A DNA stretch of 64,000 nucleotides. Source: the human T2T-CHM13v2.0 reference genome, Homo sapiens. Shown piece after piece: positions 27,371-40,508 of this stretch. Positions within the stretch are counted from its first letter, which is position 1. The number at the start of each line of letters is the position of its first letter. The position numbers and the translations under genes were made by a program. The stretch is from the NCBI RefSeq assembly GCF_009914755.1, contig NC_060926.1; one strand, written 5' to 3'. A model generated the notes under the pieces. It was not told where the DNA came from. It did no database searches and saw only the letters and a program-made list of their open reading frames with translations.

Positions 27371-27719
27371 GGAAAATACATGTATTCATCAAATCAGGCA
27401 AGGAGTAAGAGTGAGTGAGTGTGTGTGTGTGTGCTTGTGTGCACACAAGTATATTCTGGGCATGTTTTGCTCCATCAGGGCCTCTTTGGAAGCCAGTGAA
27501 CTTTCTTCCATGGATGTGCCATGGGACTGCAAGGCACAGCCTCTGACAAAGTCAGCTTTAGGAGCAGAGGCTGCACAGTACGGTCTCTCAAAACTCCTGT
27601 GAAAATAAACACTTGAAAAACTTTTGTCCTGTGATATCATATGTGGCAATGTTTGGTACTGTTCTCAAGAAAGCAGAGAGAGAACAATCTCTTAGAGAAG
27701 TCCCATTTTCCCCATCCTA

Positions 27720-28110
27720 CTAAATATCACAGTTCCCCAAAGTGACTTTGCTGTCTTCTGTCCCCCCAGTGCCTTCCTGCATGCTGTTCCCTTTGCCCGG
27801 AATACATTTCCTTTCTTGTCTTGTGTGTTGAACACCTGCGTGTGTTGTAAGATGCAACCCAAGTGGCTCCAATGAATGTTTGCTTGATTATTCTCTCTGG
27901 CCATTACTCACTCCCTCCTTGGATCACAGCTGTGGCAAGGCATGGTTCTCTCTATTAGAGCCCCTTCACTGGGGCCCCCACTGTGAGAACGACTGAGACC
28001 CTATGGAAGAGCAGGTCCTTGAGGGCACAGACTCTGTTTAAGTGTATCCTCAGGATCCAGGCCACTACCAGCACGTGGGATCCAGGATAACCTTGAATCA
28101 ATAAATGAGT
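27720..28110 (+). mobile_element. L2 3' region
   Basis: CATGCTGTTCCCTTTGCCCGGAAT...CCTTGAGGGCACAGAC...TGAATCAATAAATGA. Confidence 0.6.
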
Positions 28111-28889
28111 TACTCCTGAGCTCATTTCACTTCAACAGGATGGACTCATCACTCCTGGTTTTAAGCAAAGCGCCTCACATCTAAAAAACACCAATGAAGC
28201 GGGGTTTTTGAACTTTAAACTGTATTTCAATGTTTTTCACAAAACTGTGTATGCTTTAATATCTCATTTTCCCAGCATTATCTCACTTCTTCAGAGGTTG
28301 TATAAATCTCATATTACAGGGGCCAAAGTCGTCAGCACAGTGTGGGTTTTTTTTTTCTTTGCGTGTGAAAGAGTTTCAGGCACACAATTCATGTCAATAC
28401 ATTCTACTCCAGAGTCTTTTCTAATAGAATAAAATGAGACCATGCATGTGTTTAATTAGAGTTCAGTTTTCCGGCTTGATTTGTCTGCCTTACACAGAGG
28501 AGGGCATTTAGGAATGAGCTGAATGCTTGTGATTCACATGGTGAATCTGGGTGATGTATGTCCAGGGCCCTCAGAGGAAGTAGAGATGATGGAATACACT
28601 CTAGGCCTCTCAAGATCAAGGCCCTTCTGTTTGCTAAGGATGGAAGAAGAGTGAAAAGCCTTGAAAATTCTTAATTATGTGCCTGAGTCTGCACACAGGC
28701 AGGTGCCCAGAGGCTCAGTGCTCTTCTCTGGTTAGCTATGTCCTCTGGCCCCTGAGCAGAAATATACAGGCTGGGATCAATGGAACAGGCTAGAAGAGGC
28801 CACTCAGAATAACTGCTACTATTTACTGAGTAAGCCAGGCACCGTGCGGGGACTCTACGGACGCAATCTTATTCAATACTCACAGTTCA

Positions 28890-29305
28890 TCCATTCAAGA
28901 AATACTCACTAAACAGCTTCCAGTCACCATTGTGGGCAATGAGATCCAGAGATTGTTAAAATACTTAAAACACAAAGCCCTAGTTTCCCACAGAGTCTAC
29001 TTTATGTTTTGGAAGGTACACAGACAATAATGAAGCACGTAAACAACAAACAGATAACTGTTGAGTGTTGATAAATACGACAAAGAAAGTAAACAGGGCA
29101 AGAAGATAGAGTGAGATAATGGAGTGTATGCTATTTTATATAAAATGATAAAGAGAGGCCTCACTGATCCGATGACATTTTGGCCAAGACGCTACTGAGA
29201 TAAGACAGTGAGCTACACAGATAAATGGAGGAACCTTGTGTTCAGCAGGGGTGACAGCAACTGCCAAGGTCTTGAGGCAGGACTGCAAGGAGTATGTTTG
29301 AAAAT
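28890..29305 (-). mobile_element. L2 3' region
   Basis: CATCCATTCAAGAAATACT...GAAAGTAAACAGGG...CAGCAACTGCCAAGGTCTTGAGGCAGGA. Confidence 0.7.
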
Positions 29306-29480
29306 AGTAATCATCCTGCAAAGTAATTGCTATTATCCTCATTTTACAGATAAAAAATCGGAGGCACTGTACAGCAAAGCAACTCATCTAAGGTCACAGG
29401 ACTGGTGAATGTACAGCTGTAATTTCAGCCTGAGTCTCTCTGACTCCAAAGCCTTTGTTCTTTCCTTCACATTGCCATGT
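29305..29480 (-). mobile_element. MIR SINE
   Basis: TATTATCCTCATTTTACAGATAAAAAATCGGAGGCAC...AAGGTCACAG...TGACTCCAAAGCC. Confidence 0.8.
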
Positions 29481-29852
29481 TCAAAGGCAGTGCTGGTGGT
29501 ATGAAAAGAGAGAGTGGAATGCCCCCTGAATTTATCATCCCACCTCACTCTTCCAGGGAAGTTTCCTGGATCCTTCCTCCATCTATACATCAAGCAGTTT
29601 ATCTTGACTGAGCAACCACTATGTGCCCACTTGTGTTGGGCACCAAGGGAAAGCCAGTGTTCATGACCACCTGATGATCTCACACAGGAGAGAGCTCACA
29701 GAGGGGTCAAAGTCCACCTGGAGTAGGTCAGAGAATGAGAGCTGGACTGGGAATGCTTGTTGGGGGAGATAGAATATGAGCTGGGTATGAAAGAATGAGG
29801 AGTAGATAAGCTTCTGGCTTGGTGACTACTCGGCTTCCCCATCACCCCCACC

Positions 29853-30311
29853 TGTAGTAGGTAGTATTATTTGTTGACCCATATTTCTTTCTCTACTTCT
29901 ATTGCCAAGTCCTCCCTGTGGGTAGAATGTTGTCTGTTTCATTGACTTTGGCTTTGGCCATATGATGTGCATGGGTTAATGCAATGTGGGTGAGAGTGAC
30001 AGTTACTGCTTTGATCTGAAACTTGGAGAGTCATGGCAAAGCTCTGCTGGTCTTTTACTCTTCACTTTACCACAAGAATAAAGCATCCCAGGTAGTTGCT
30101 GGTCCAGAATGAGTAGATATACGGGGTGGAACTAAATCCAGCCCATTTTCTAAAGTCAAGCTCAGCCAACCCAGCAGGTGCCAATAGTATCACTGTTGGC
30201 CTGTCCACCTGTAAATGTGACATAAACATTTGTTTTAATAAGCCAGTGAGATTTTTGTGATTGTGTATTACCTGGCACTCTTACAGCAGTATTTAAATAA
30301 TAAATAATACA
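29853..30311 (+). mobile_element. Old MaLR LTR (MLT1I/J-like)
   Basis: TGTAGTAGG start; CATTGACTTTGGCTTTGGCCATATGA; ATAAACATTTG...AAGCCAGTGAGATTTT; AATACA end. Confidence 0.72.
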
Positions 30312-30561
30312 CCTTTGCTTTCAGTCATAGGTAAACTCAGGTAAGCACCTTAACTGTTCTGGCGGATGGGGCACATTATGAAAACAAGCCAGAAAATGTA
30401 TTAGTCACTCAGGTTCATGAACTCTGCAGCTCAAGATTCTGTCTCTGACTTTATAGATATCCCAATAATTGTGTTTTTGTTCCCACCCTCCTCACCCTTA
30501 TCATCTAGCCTACAGATTGTCCATAGCACAGAGTATGAAAAATTCTTTAAAAGTTGGTTCC

Positions 30562-30976
30562 TGTATTAGTCCACTTTGCATCACTGTAAAGGAATACCTG
30601 AGATGGGGCAATTTACAAAGCAAAGGGGTTTGTTTGTCTCATGGTTCTGTAGGCTGTACAAGAAGCATAGCAGCAGCATCTGCTTGTGGTGAGGCCTCAG
30701 GATACCTTTACTCATGGCAGAAGGCAAGGGAAGCTGGTACGTCACACAGTGGGAAAGGAATCAAGAGAAGAGGGGAGGGAGGTGCCAGACTCTTTAACAA
30801 CCGGATCTTGCACAAACTAATGAAGTGAAGACTTACTCATTACTTGGGGAGGACACTAAGTCATTCACGAGGGATCCACTCCCCTGACCCAAACATCTCC
30901 CACCAGATCCCACCTCCAACACTGGGGTCACATTTCAACGTGAGATTCAGAGGGAACAAATATTCAAACTCTATCA
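30562..30976 (-). mobile_element. MST (MSTA/B-like) MaLR solo LTR
   Basis: TGTATTAGTCC...GCAGCATCTGCTTGTGGTGAGGCCTCAGG...CAAACTCTATCA; near-TSD GTTCC/GCTCC. Confidence 0.92.
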
Positions 30977-31544
30977 GCTCCTGTGTCCCAATAATTTCTA
31001 GTTATTTACAGTAGAGAATATTAACTTTGCTCCATGAAATCTTGGAGCACTAGAGGGACTACTGAAGGGCCAGCCATGGTAAGAGAAGGACAACAAGACC
31101 AGGGATTCCAGACTCCCATCTGGGCTGCAACTCAAAAATTTCTACTTTTATTTGTTGTATACAATCAGATTCCTTATAAAACTTTGTCTGAAGCTGAAAT
31201 CCACTACTGAAGAATGTTTGGAATCACTAGTGTACATGGAAAGCCCCACTTCCACACCCTGATATCTCAGGGCTTCCATAACCTTTCCCCACTTTTTAGT
31301 CTAATGGTCCCGTTTCTCCCTTGGCTCTAGTCCCCTTTCCCAATAGTCTGTGCACTCCAGTTACTGTTCCCATGCATGCTCAGATTTCTTTTGCCTCCCT
31401 TCTCTCTGTTTGCAAAGCCCTTCCCACTTCTATCTGCCAAAGCCACCATTTGTCTCCCAGGACCTAGCATCAGAGACAGAGAAAGTTCCCCAGAGAATGT
31501 TTAGTCCAACCCCTCTACTTTGTAATGTTGTAATGTTGATTTGT

Positions 31545-31790
31545 AAATTCCAACATCTATTGAGTATTTATTAAAGACAGGCACTGATAAGCATTTTACG
31601 TAAATCAGTTCAGTGAATCCTTCAATACTTTGAACTGTGTACTATTATTCTTTCCATTTTATGCAGGAAGAAACTGAAGCCCAGAGAGGTTAAGTAACTT
31701 GCTCAAGGTCACACAGCAGTTTAGTACATAGTCAGTGTCTGAATTTACACAGGCTCCAGAGTCTGCATTTTAACCCTTTCAAAATATTGC
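31545..31790 (-). mobile_element. MIR SINE
   Basis: CCATTTTATGCAGGAAGAAACTGAAGCCCAGAGAGGTTAAGTAACTTGCTCAAGGTCACACAGC. Confidence 0.88.
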
Positions 31791-32099
31791 CTTCCTCATT
31801 TTATAGATGAAGAAACTGTGCCATTCAGTTGAAAGAGATTTGCTTAAGGTTACACAGCTGGTTTATGACCAATCAGGTCAGTGCCCAGGCCTCTCGGTGC
31901 CAGTCTGGGCTTCATTCAACCTTGGTTGTGCCCACGCTGGAGGTGCCCAGCTGGTGACACAGCCAGGAGGAATCCTTGCAGTGGTGCCTCCTGCCAACTG
32001 GCCATACCTGTGTGCAGTCCACGCTGGGCATGTTCTCATTTGCTTGCAGAGCTGGAAGGGACCTTGGAGCATGTCCAGGTCATTGACTTTTACCTGACT

Positions 32100-32252
32100 A
32101 CCCATTAAACTTACCTGGGAAAGTTTTAAAAATACTGCTAAGCTGCACTCTCAGGGTGTCTGATTTAATGGTACAGGGGGTGTGCCAGGACATTGGTATT
32201 TTGGACACACTCCCAGGTGGTTCTGAAGTGCAGCCAAGGTTGAGATACTCTG
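32100..32252. mobile_element. hAT-Charlie MITE (MER5A-like)
   Basis: ACCTGGGAAAGTTTTAAAAATAC...CTCCCAGGTGGTTCTGAAGTGCAGCCAAGGTTGAGA. Confidence 0.75.
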
Positions 32253-32510
32253 TTGTAATCCAACATACTGCTGTGCCACCCCATTTCATAGAACAAGAAA
32301 TGACCTGTGTCAGTCCCCAAGTAGTCAGAAGCAAAGCCTAGCCTAGAGGAGACTCCCTGATGATATTAAACCCCATACTCGATTCTACTAAACAGGAGTT
32401 CCCCGCTGATCATATCAGGCATCTACACCTTCCTGTGGCACATGAGCCCAGAGCAAAGCAAATAAAATCCCATCTGGTTGGAGAAAAATAAAATGAAGAC
32501 TACTGGGCAC

Positions 32511-32910
32511 CGTCACCATAAGCATGGGTTGCTATCACAAAGTATTATAGACCAGGGAGCTTATAAACAGCAAATTTATTTCTCACAGTTCTGGAGGCTG
32601 GAAGTCTGAGATCCAGGTGCCAGCATGGTTGGGTTCTGGTGAGGACCCTCTTCTGGTTGCAGAGAGCTGACTTCTCACCACATTCTCACATGGTGAAAAG
32701 AGAGTGACTTTGCTGTCTGGCCTATTCTTATAAAGGCACTAACCCCACTCACGAGAGCACCACTCTCATCACCTAATCACCTCCCAAAGGCCCCCCCTGC
32801 TAACAAGATCACATCAATCCCGATGCCACGCTGTTAGGAGGTGGGGCCTTTGGGAGGCGATTGGGATTAACTAAATGTTTGTGGGGAACACAAACATTCA
32901 GTCTGTTGCA
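32511..32910 (-). mobile_element. MLT1A-like MaLR solo LTR with internal inverted duplication
   Basis: AATTTATTTCTCACAGTTCTGGAGGCTGGAAGTCTGAGATC...ACCTAATCACCTCCCAAAGGCC...ACAAACATTCAGTC. Confidence 0.88.
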
Positions 32911-33719
32911 GCCACAGGACCTGGGATGTCATTGAGGCGATTTGTGATGGCACAACCCAATGGTTGGGGATCAGGAAATGTAAGCTTCGAAGGCTTATTC
33001 CATTGTCCTTTGTATGAAATTCAGTAACTCCTGTATTAATTTCAGTAACCCTGGACTGTCATGGGTCTGCCCCCTTTCGTGGGGTATGGGCTGAGATCTG
33101 GCCACCACCTTCCTACCTTCCACACCGTTAACCCCAGTACTTCATATGGAACACACCCTAAATTTGATTTTTTTAAAAAAATAGTCATAACCAAACACCT
33201 CATATTTTATCTTTTTTTCTGAAAAAGAATTTTAAAATCTGACATGCCACTTAAAAAAAAAAAGAAATCGCATGAGTATAGGCATGCCAGTTTAACTGGG
33301 GGTTAAAAAATCCTCACTTTCACAGCCTCTTGCTATGTAGTTGTCCCTGGTTACTGTTCTGCCTCTGTCTCCACAGAGACCACTCTGGGCCAGTAACCAT
33401 GGCGATAGGAGAAGACGTGAGCAGATGGGAGCACTATGTGCAGAACTTAAACATCCTTGTGTTGGGGGGAGGTAAGTGGGGAATGAGGGAAGGAGAGGAA
33501 AGAAACCTAAGAGAGACAGAAAGAAGTTACAAAATCCTTAACCTAGGAATAGATTGCAATGTTGGGGACAAACCACAAGGCATGTTTTTTTATTTTTCTT
33601 TTTTGCTGCTGAGCCAAGCTCTTCTTTTTGATTTCAATAATGATTTATCCCTAGGGAAATGGAGACAAAAGCTTTCAACATACAGAGCTGGAGGCATTTT
33701 TTAACCATAAATGTATTGC

Positions 33720-34670
33720 ATTAATATATGTTTAACGCATTATTCAACTTGGGAAAGCAAGAGTCTGAAACCCTGTCAATTTAGGTACAATGTAATTGTG
33801 GCATATTGGGAAGACCATAGCCTGTGCAGGAGGAATGACATTGGGACACAGACCCTGCCTCAACCAGTCTCCTCCTGGGAGCCACAGGCCAGGCCCTGCT
33901 TCCAGAGACTTGGCTTATAAGATTCTCTGAAAGGGAGCCAACAGATAGTTGGCTTTGAAATTATGCAAAAAGAAAATCTTAAAGGATGCTAAACTGAGAT
34001 TTTCTGTATTAGTTTTTGCTGAGGTTCCGAAGAATGACACCAAAAAACTAGGTGGCAAGCAACCATGCATGGCATATGAAGAAATTGCAAATTCAGTTTT
34101 TCAGTTCTTAGCCTAAAAGTAATAGGGAAGTGGCCAGGGGCAATTTCTTTGCAGAGATATTTGGCTGAATATCACTCCCAGCTCATGGGAGAGAGAAAGG
34201 GGCCATTTTCCCACCACTTACCTAAAACCAAGGAAGGAATTATCAAGAAACCCACTAGGAGCTTGATCCATGACCCTCTGGAATTTGAGGGAACCATACG
34301 AACTTGCACCTGACTCAGAATAGAGATCATGGCTGATACTGCAGCCTGTAGGGTGGGTGGATGGGGCAGGGGCTGAGGGAGAGGCTGGGAGGAGAAAGAA
34401 CATAGAGAGGAGGGGAAAAGCTGTAAATTCCACAAAGAGTCCATGAGCTTTTGTTTTAGACTTAAATAAGCTTTTATTTGGTTTATTTATTGAAGAACAC
34501 TGGAAAAGTTGAAGCTAGCCTGAGACTTTATGCAGGGTGGTGATAGGAGGAGAAATGCACAGATGCTGAAAGCTGCGTCTCCTAGTCTTAAAGAGAAATG
34601 ATGAGAAAGGATGAAGTGGCTTTCTGTTTGTACCGTACAGGTGCCAGCCCATTCAATAAACTGGTTACAG
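33720..34670. mobile_element. Probable ancient LTR (family uncertain)
   Basis: LTR-like end CCATTCAATAAACTGGTTACA; recalled resemblance only. Confidence 0.35.
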
Positions 34671-34672
34671 GG

Positions 34673-35475
<803 letters not shown>

Positions 35476-36464
35476 TGGCTATGACTATTTTGGGACTCTA
35501 GCTGCCTGTATCTTTGGCCTGAAGAGAGGTGGAGTCTCTCCAAGGATCTCTGCAAAATAACATTTCTAGGGTCTTTTAAGAGACTTGAGGTTTTGCTGCT
35601 TCTCTATATCCTCCACAACTCACTCCTTGTCATCCATTCTTGAGTGAAAGCCATTTACAGTCATCACTCATTTATCTGCATTGAGGCTATTGGATCCTGG
35701 TTGCTCTGGTACTTTGGGTTCAGATACATAGAAATTTATGCCATTTCCCCTGGATCTCAGGACTGGAAGTCAATGCCCAGGCAGGTCATGGTGGCAGGTG
35801 AAGTAGGGGGCTGCCTGTGGTGTGGTAGTTTAGGACAGATGGACAAGCCTACAGCCACCAAGTCACCAACTCAAACCAAACTGAACCTAAAACAAAGTCC
35901 TTACCCACTTGCTCGCTGATTCTGATAATGCTTTCCCTGGAGTTTCTTCACTCCTTTCCACAATGTCCAGAGCTAGAAGGAGCCACAGAGCCTACTCCAT
36001 CCATCACAATGACACCTGATACACAATCTCCATTCATTCATCTACTCACTTACCTAACAAATGCAAATAAACCAATAAAACAGGGATGAGATATGCAAAC
36101 AAACAGAATTTGTATTTTTCCATGAGTTCTTCCAAACAATTTCTTTCTAGGCCCAAAGAGTGCTTCTAAGGGGAAAGAAGTTTCCAGAAAAAATAATCTG
36201 CATTTCCAAGTGGCTGACGAGGAGGCTTGGTCTGGTTGATTTCAAGGGTGTCTCACAAGCTTGTTCTGCTCAGAGACCAGGCTGAACTGGAGCCAGTACT
36301 GTGAAGTCCAGTGAGGACCAAAGCCACAGCCACACATGCAGCAGAAGAGCAAAATTCTGTCCTCTACTGGTGCCTCCAGCCATGATGCCAGGATGCAAAG
36401 GCATCCAGCTTTCCAGGATCCCTTCAGGGTTGCAGTCATGAGCAGGCACATTGCCTAAGCACCT

Positions 36465-36690
36465 GGTATTGCTAGGACCTATGCCAGGAAGATTTTCTTG
36501 TTGCCCTTAATTCAATGCAAGAGCCCTGGAAGGTTGGTAGCAGTATCCCTCACCATATAAATGAGGAACATGGTATCCAGAGAGGGTAAAGAATTTATTC
36601 AAAGCCACCTCATTAGTTTTAAATAGCACAAGCCAAGCCAATGTACCCTACTGTTTTGAGGCCAAGAACAGTGCCCGTTCTTTAACCCAA
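36465..36690 (-). mobile_element. MIR SINE fragment
   Basis: ACCTATGCCAGG...ATGAGGAAC...CCAGAGAGGGTAAAGAATTTATTCAAAGCCAC. Confidence 0.55.
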
Positions 36691-37685
36691 CACTGAGGGA
36701 TCCTGGAGCTGTGGATGATTTAGGAATCGCTCGCTCACAAATTTTAGTGACAGGTTCATATGCTGAGAAAAGAAAAAGTATAACAAACCTCTAAACACCT
36801 GTGCCTCTTCACATGCCTGGCTGGGCTCCACGGGCATGACTCTCACTGGGTTGGCACATCTAATGGCACTTTTGTCATTTGGTGCACTGTGGGCTCCTCA
36901 GGATGACTTCTTGCCACCTCTGGTTGCCTGACTAGAACACAAATCTTCAGCTGTCTAAATTGACCCCAAGAAGATAGACCTTGCTCAAGCTCAGCCAGAG
37001 AGAGGGGTTGGAAAGTTGGCAGGTGGAGTTGGAGCCACAGTTTTCTTTCTGTGGCCTGAGACATCTGTGACTCCCTCCAGAGGACCTGCCTCCAGGCATT
37101 AGGTGGGTGTTGGCTGGTGGGGATGTTGGGGGTGTGGAGTGTTAGGCTCGGCAGTCGTTCCTAGGAATGAAATATCATGGGCAGCAGTCCTGGAACCAAT
37201 CCATTGATTCATTTTCCTGCTCGCCAGGATGACAGCCCCCTCCGAGCATGGTCCCTCAAGAGCAGACCGACGTCTTCACAGCACAGAGGTGCAGTCCTCT
37301 TCTGCTACCAGGCCTGGCTGGGGAAAATTCAGCTAGACGCCTGGCACCATGCAAACCACAGGCTCTTCTTATGCAAGCTCAGAGCCTCTGAGTCACCTGT
37401 CCTCTCTCAAATGTCTCTGCTATTTCGTGGTTCTCTTACCAGAATAAGACACCTTCTCAACACCTCACTGCTTCCTCTCCTACTGAACCATGACTCTCTC
37501 CCCTCTGTATTTGCTGACCTGTGGGAAACAATTTCCCAGACCCATTGGATTCTTTATGGAATATTCTATCTCCTGAAGTGGTCAAGCCTGATTATCCCTG
37601 AAGACACAACTTCCAGCTGCTTCTTTTGTGGCATCTGCTGACTCTCCCTGAACCCACCTGTGTCAGATTAGGGGTGGGTTGCATC

Positions 37686-38052
37686 TGTGGTAGATGCTGG
37701 TGGTGTCTTCCTTAGATCCGTTTTCCACACTGGGTGACAATCCCAAAGTGCTGTAAGTGTGGGCCAGCAACTACTCACAGCTGGCCCTTTTTCTCCAGAA
37801 CTTCCCTTGACCACACAGGGCCAGCTTGTGGCAGTGACTGACAGAGGGCTGACGTGGGGCTGCAAAAGGCTTGTCCCTGCCTCAGAGCCAACTGTGCCCA
37901 TTTCATAGCACAATTTGGGCTCCGGAACTGAAGTTTGGGTCCAGGCAAAGCCCCATCCTGCTTGATTCACTACCCTGAGAGCACTCCCTCAATAATCACT
38001 TTCCTAGGAGTCCTGGTCTCAGGCTGTGCTTCTAGGGAAACCAACTAAGACA
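37686..38052 (+). mobile_element. ERVL solo LTR (LTR16C-like) with perfect 5-bp TSD
   Basis: TGTGGTAGATGCTG...CTCACAGCTG...GTCTCAGGCTGTGCTTCTAGGGAAACCAACTAAGACA; TSD GCATC at 37681-37685 and 38053-38057. Confidence 0.85.
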
Positions 38053-38261
38053 GCATCCTCCTTGCCCCTCAGGGTCACAGTTAGTCTCACTTGGATATTG
38101 CCATCAATTGGAGCTTCTGTCCTTCAAGTTCTCAATTCGAACACACAACTCTTAGCCCATAGCCTTCTGCATTTCACACATCTCATTTCTTCCTTCACCC
38201 CTCATCGTTGGGTGCAGCAAAACTGTGCCTTGACCCTGCTACCCTTATGAAACCCATTCTG

Positions 38262-38427
38262 CCATCCTTCCCTCCCTCCTGCCCTGCCCCTCCCCTCCCT
38301 CCCTCCCTTTCTTCCTTCCTTCCTTCCTTCTTTTTTTCTTTCCTTCCCTTTTCCCTCCCTCCCTCCCTCCGTCCCGTCTTCCCTCCCCACCTCCCTCCCT
38401 CCTTCTTTCCTTCTTTCTTCCTTTTTC
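38262..38427. repeat. Polypyrimidine (CCCT/CCTT) low-complexity tract
   Basis: About 165 bp almost purely C/T. Confidence 0.9.
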
Positions 38428-38619
38428 AACCTGGGCTTTAGGGTCCATCCATTCAAGCATCTCTGTCATGTCCTTAAGTTTTTCTCTTGCTAATTTTTTT
38501 GTTGCATTTTCCTCAGCCTGAACTCTGCATTGATGCAACTGTCTCTGAGATTCACTAGGACCTCTGGAGAAATTCATACCACTATGCGGATTGCTGCCTG
38601 AGAACATTCATGGTCTCAA

Positions 38620-39645
38620 CTTGAAGCTGTCGAGCAATCTTTCTGTTTCTGGAGTCAACTTTCTTACCCATAGTAGCTATTTAAAACCTTCCTGACAATT
38701 CTCAAAGTTCCCACCCACCACTTCCCACTCCTTCCCTGCAGATAACCTTATCTTCTACTTACAGAGAAAATAAGTAGCAGCAGATATCATCTTTCTCTAC
38801 TTCCTGCCTTCATACCTATGAGCTTCTGATATCCATTCCGATCCTTTGAAAATTCCCTCCCTACAGCCAAAAAAAAAAAAAAAACAAACAAACAAAAACA
38901 AAAACAAAAACAATAAAAACCTTTTTCTCCCTGTGCTGTCAGTCTAAAACCTCTGCCTAAGATTCCATTCCATCTCTCTTGCACTTTCTCGAAGCCTCGC
39001 CCATTGATCCTGCTCCCTTTGGCTTGCCTTTGAATCTTTCCTTTTCCTGGAGCATCCCCTTTAGCTCAAGTCAATTCCATTCTTTATCTACTCTGAGTAC
39101 AGCCCCATCTCTCTTTCTCCTATGTCTATGCCATCTGGGTTTCACCCACAACTAACCTGAAACTGCGTTCACTAGGCCCCAAACATCTCAATGAAGCTAA
39201 ACCCTGCAGCCACTGCTCAGGACCTGCTGGCTGCACTGTGGCTTTCATCACTGCATGCAATCCCTTCGTCCTTGACCCCTCTCTTCTTTTGCGTTACTCC
39301 CCAGATTAGTCTCAAGACACTTTGGCCCTTTCTTTTGAGGCTTTTTTTTTAGGAACTCATTTTTTGTACCTAAATTTTGTGTCCCTGATCTTCTTCACTT
39401 TGTCCCAAGATGTGTTTGGGGGCATGTCCTCCACCCCATGAGGCACTTCCTCCACCCCCTTATGGAAGATTTTAGATTTCCCAGCATTGATGGCTCACAC
39501 ACGGCTTTAGATTACTACATTAATCACCTACTGGATATTTCTACTCAGAAATCTCACAAACACATCAATCACAGCATACTAAAAATGGAACTCATTGTGG
39601 TTTACCTAGGACATCTTTCTCCTTCTGTGTTCTCAACCTTGGTGG
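38620..39645 (+). mobile_element. L2 LINE fragment
   Basis: CTTATCTTCTACTTACAGAGAAAATA; GGATATTTCTACTCAGAAATCTCACAAACACATCAA. Confidence 0.6.
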
Positions 39646-39663
39646 GTGTAGTGAATTGAATGG

Positions 39664-40100
39664 TGTATTAGTCAGGGTTCTCTAGAGGGACAGAACTAAT
39701 ACATTCATATATATAAAGGAGAGTTTATTAAGTATTAAGTCACACGATCACAAGGTCCCATAATAGGCTATCTGCAGGCTAAAGAGCAAGAAGAGTCAGT
39801 CCAAATTCCAAAACTGAAGAACTTGGAGTCCGATGTTCAAGGGCAGGAAGCATCCAGCACTGGAGAAATATGTAGGCTGGGAGGCTAGGCCAGTCTCTCT
39901 CTTCGCATTTTTCTGCCAGCTTATATTCCAGCCATGCTGGCAACTGATTAGATTGTGCCCAACCAGATGAAGGTTGGGTCTGCCTTTCCCAGCCCACTGA
40001 CTCAAATGTTAATCTCCTTTGGTAACACCCTCACAGACACACCCAAGATCAATACTTTGTATCCTTCAATCCAAGTAAGTTGACAGTATTAACCATCAGA
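39664..40100 (-). mobile_element. HERV-L 3' LTR (MLT2A1-like)
   Basis: TGTATTAGTCAGGGTTCTCTAGAGGG...TATTAACCATCAGA; adjacent PPT AAGGGGTGGACT (minus strand, 40101-40112). Confidence 0.93.
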
Positions 40101-40508
40101 AGTCCACCCCTTGTCAACTTGAACTCATACACATCTCTTGAGATCATACATAATCTTCAAGTAAAGACAGTAATGGGGTCATAATTATGCCTAACATAAG
40201 ACAACTATCCTTTGTACAACTGGAAATGCACCAATTCCCAACCCAAATACCACTACATAAAGTTAACAATACTTCAATGCTGTTGTGAAGTCAATAAATC
40301 TTATATCACATAATAAAGGAGAAAGAAAATAAAATGAAGATATTTTCTTAGTACAAGTGTATACATTCACAAACATGTTTTTAACAAAAAAGGAGGAAAT
40401 ACTCATGACTTTCTGCAGCTAGTCACGTGGTCATAGCTGGTACTGATGACCATCTTCTTCTACTACCCATTCTGTATTCCCTTTGCACTCAGCAAGCACC
40501 ACTGCAAG

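Noticed and set aside
38202-38607. E/G/R/K-rich and P/S/F-rich ORFs
   Set aside because: Translations of the CT-rich low-complexity tract
40113-40500. Possible env gene between dUTPase and the 3' LTR
   Set aside because: Only about 400 bp with no ORF; HERV-L is env-less
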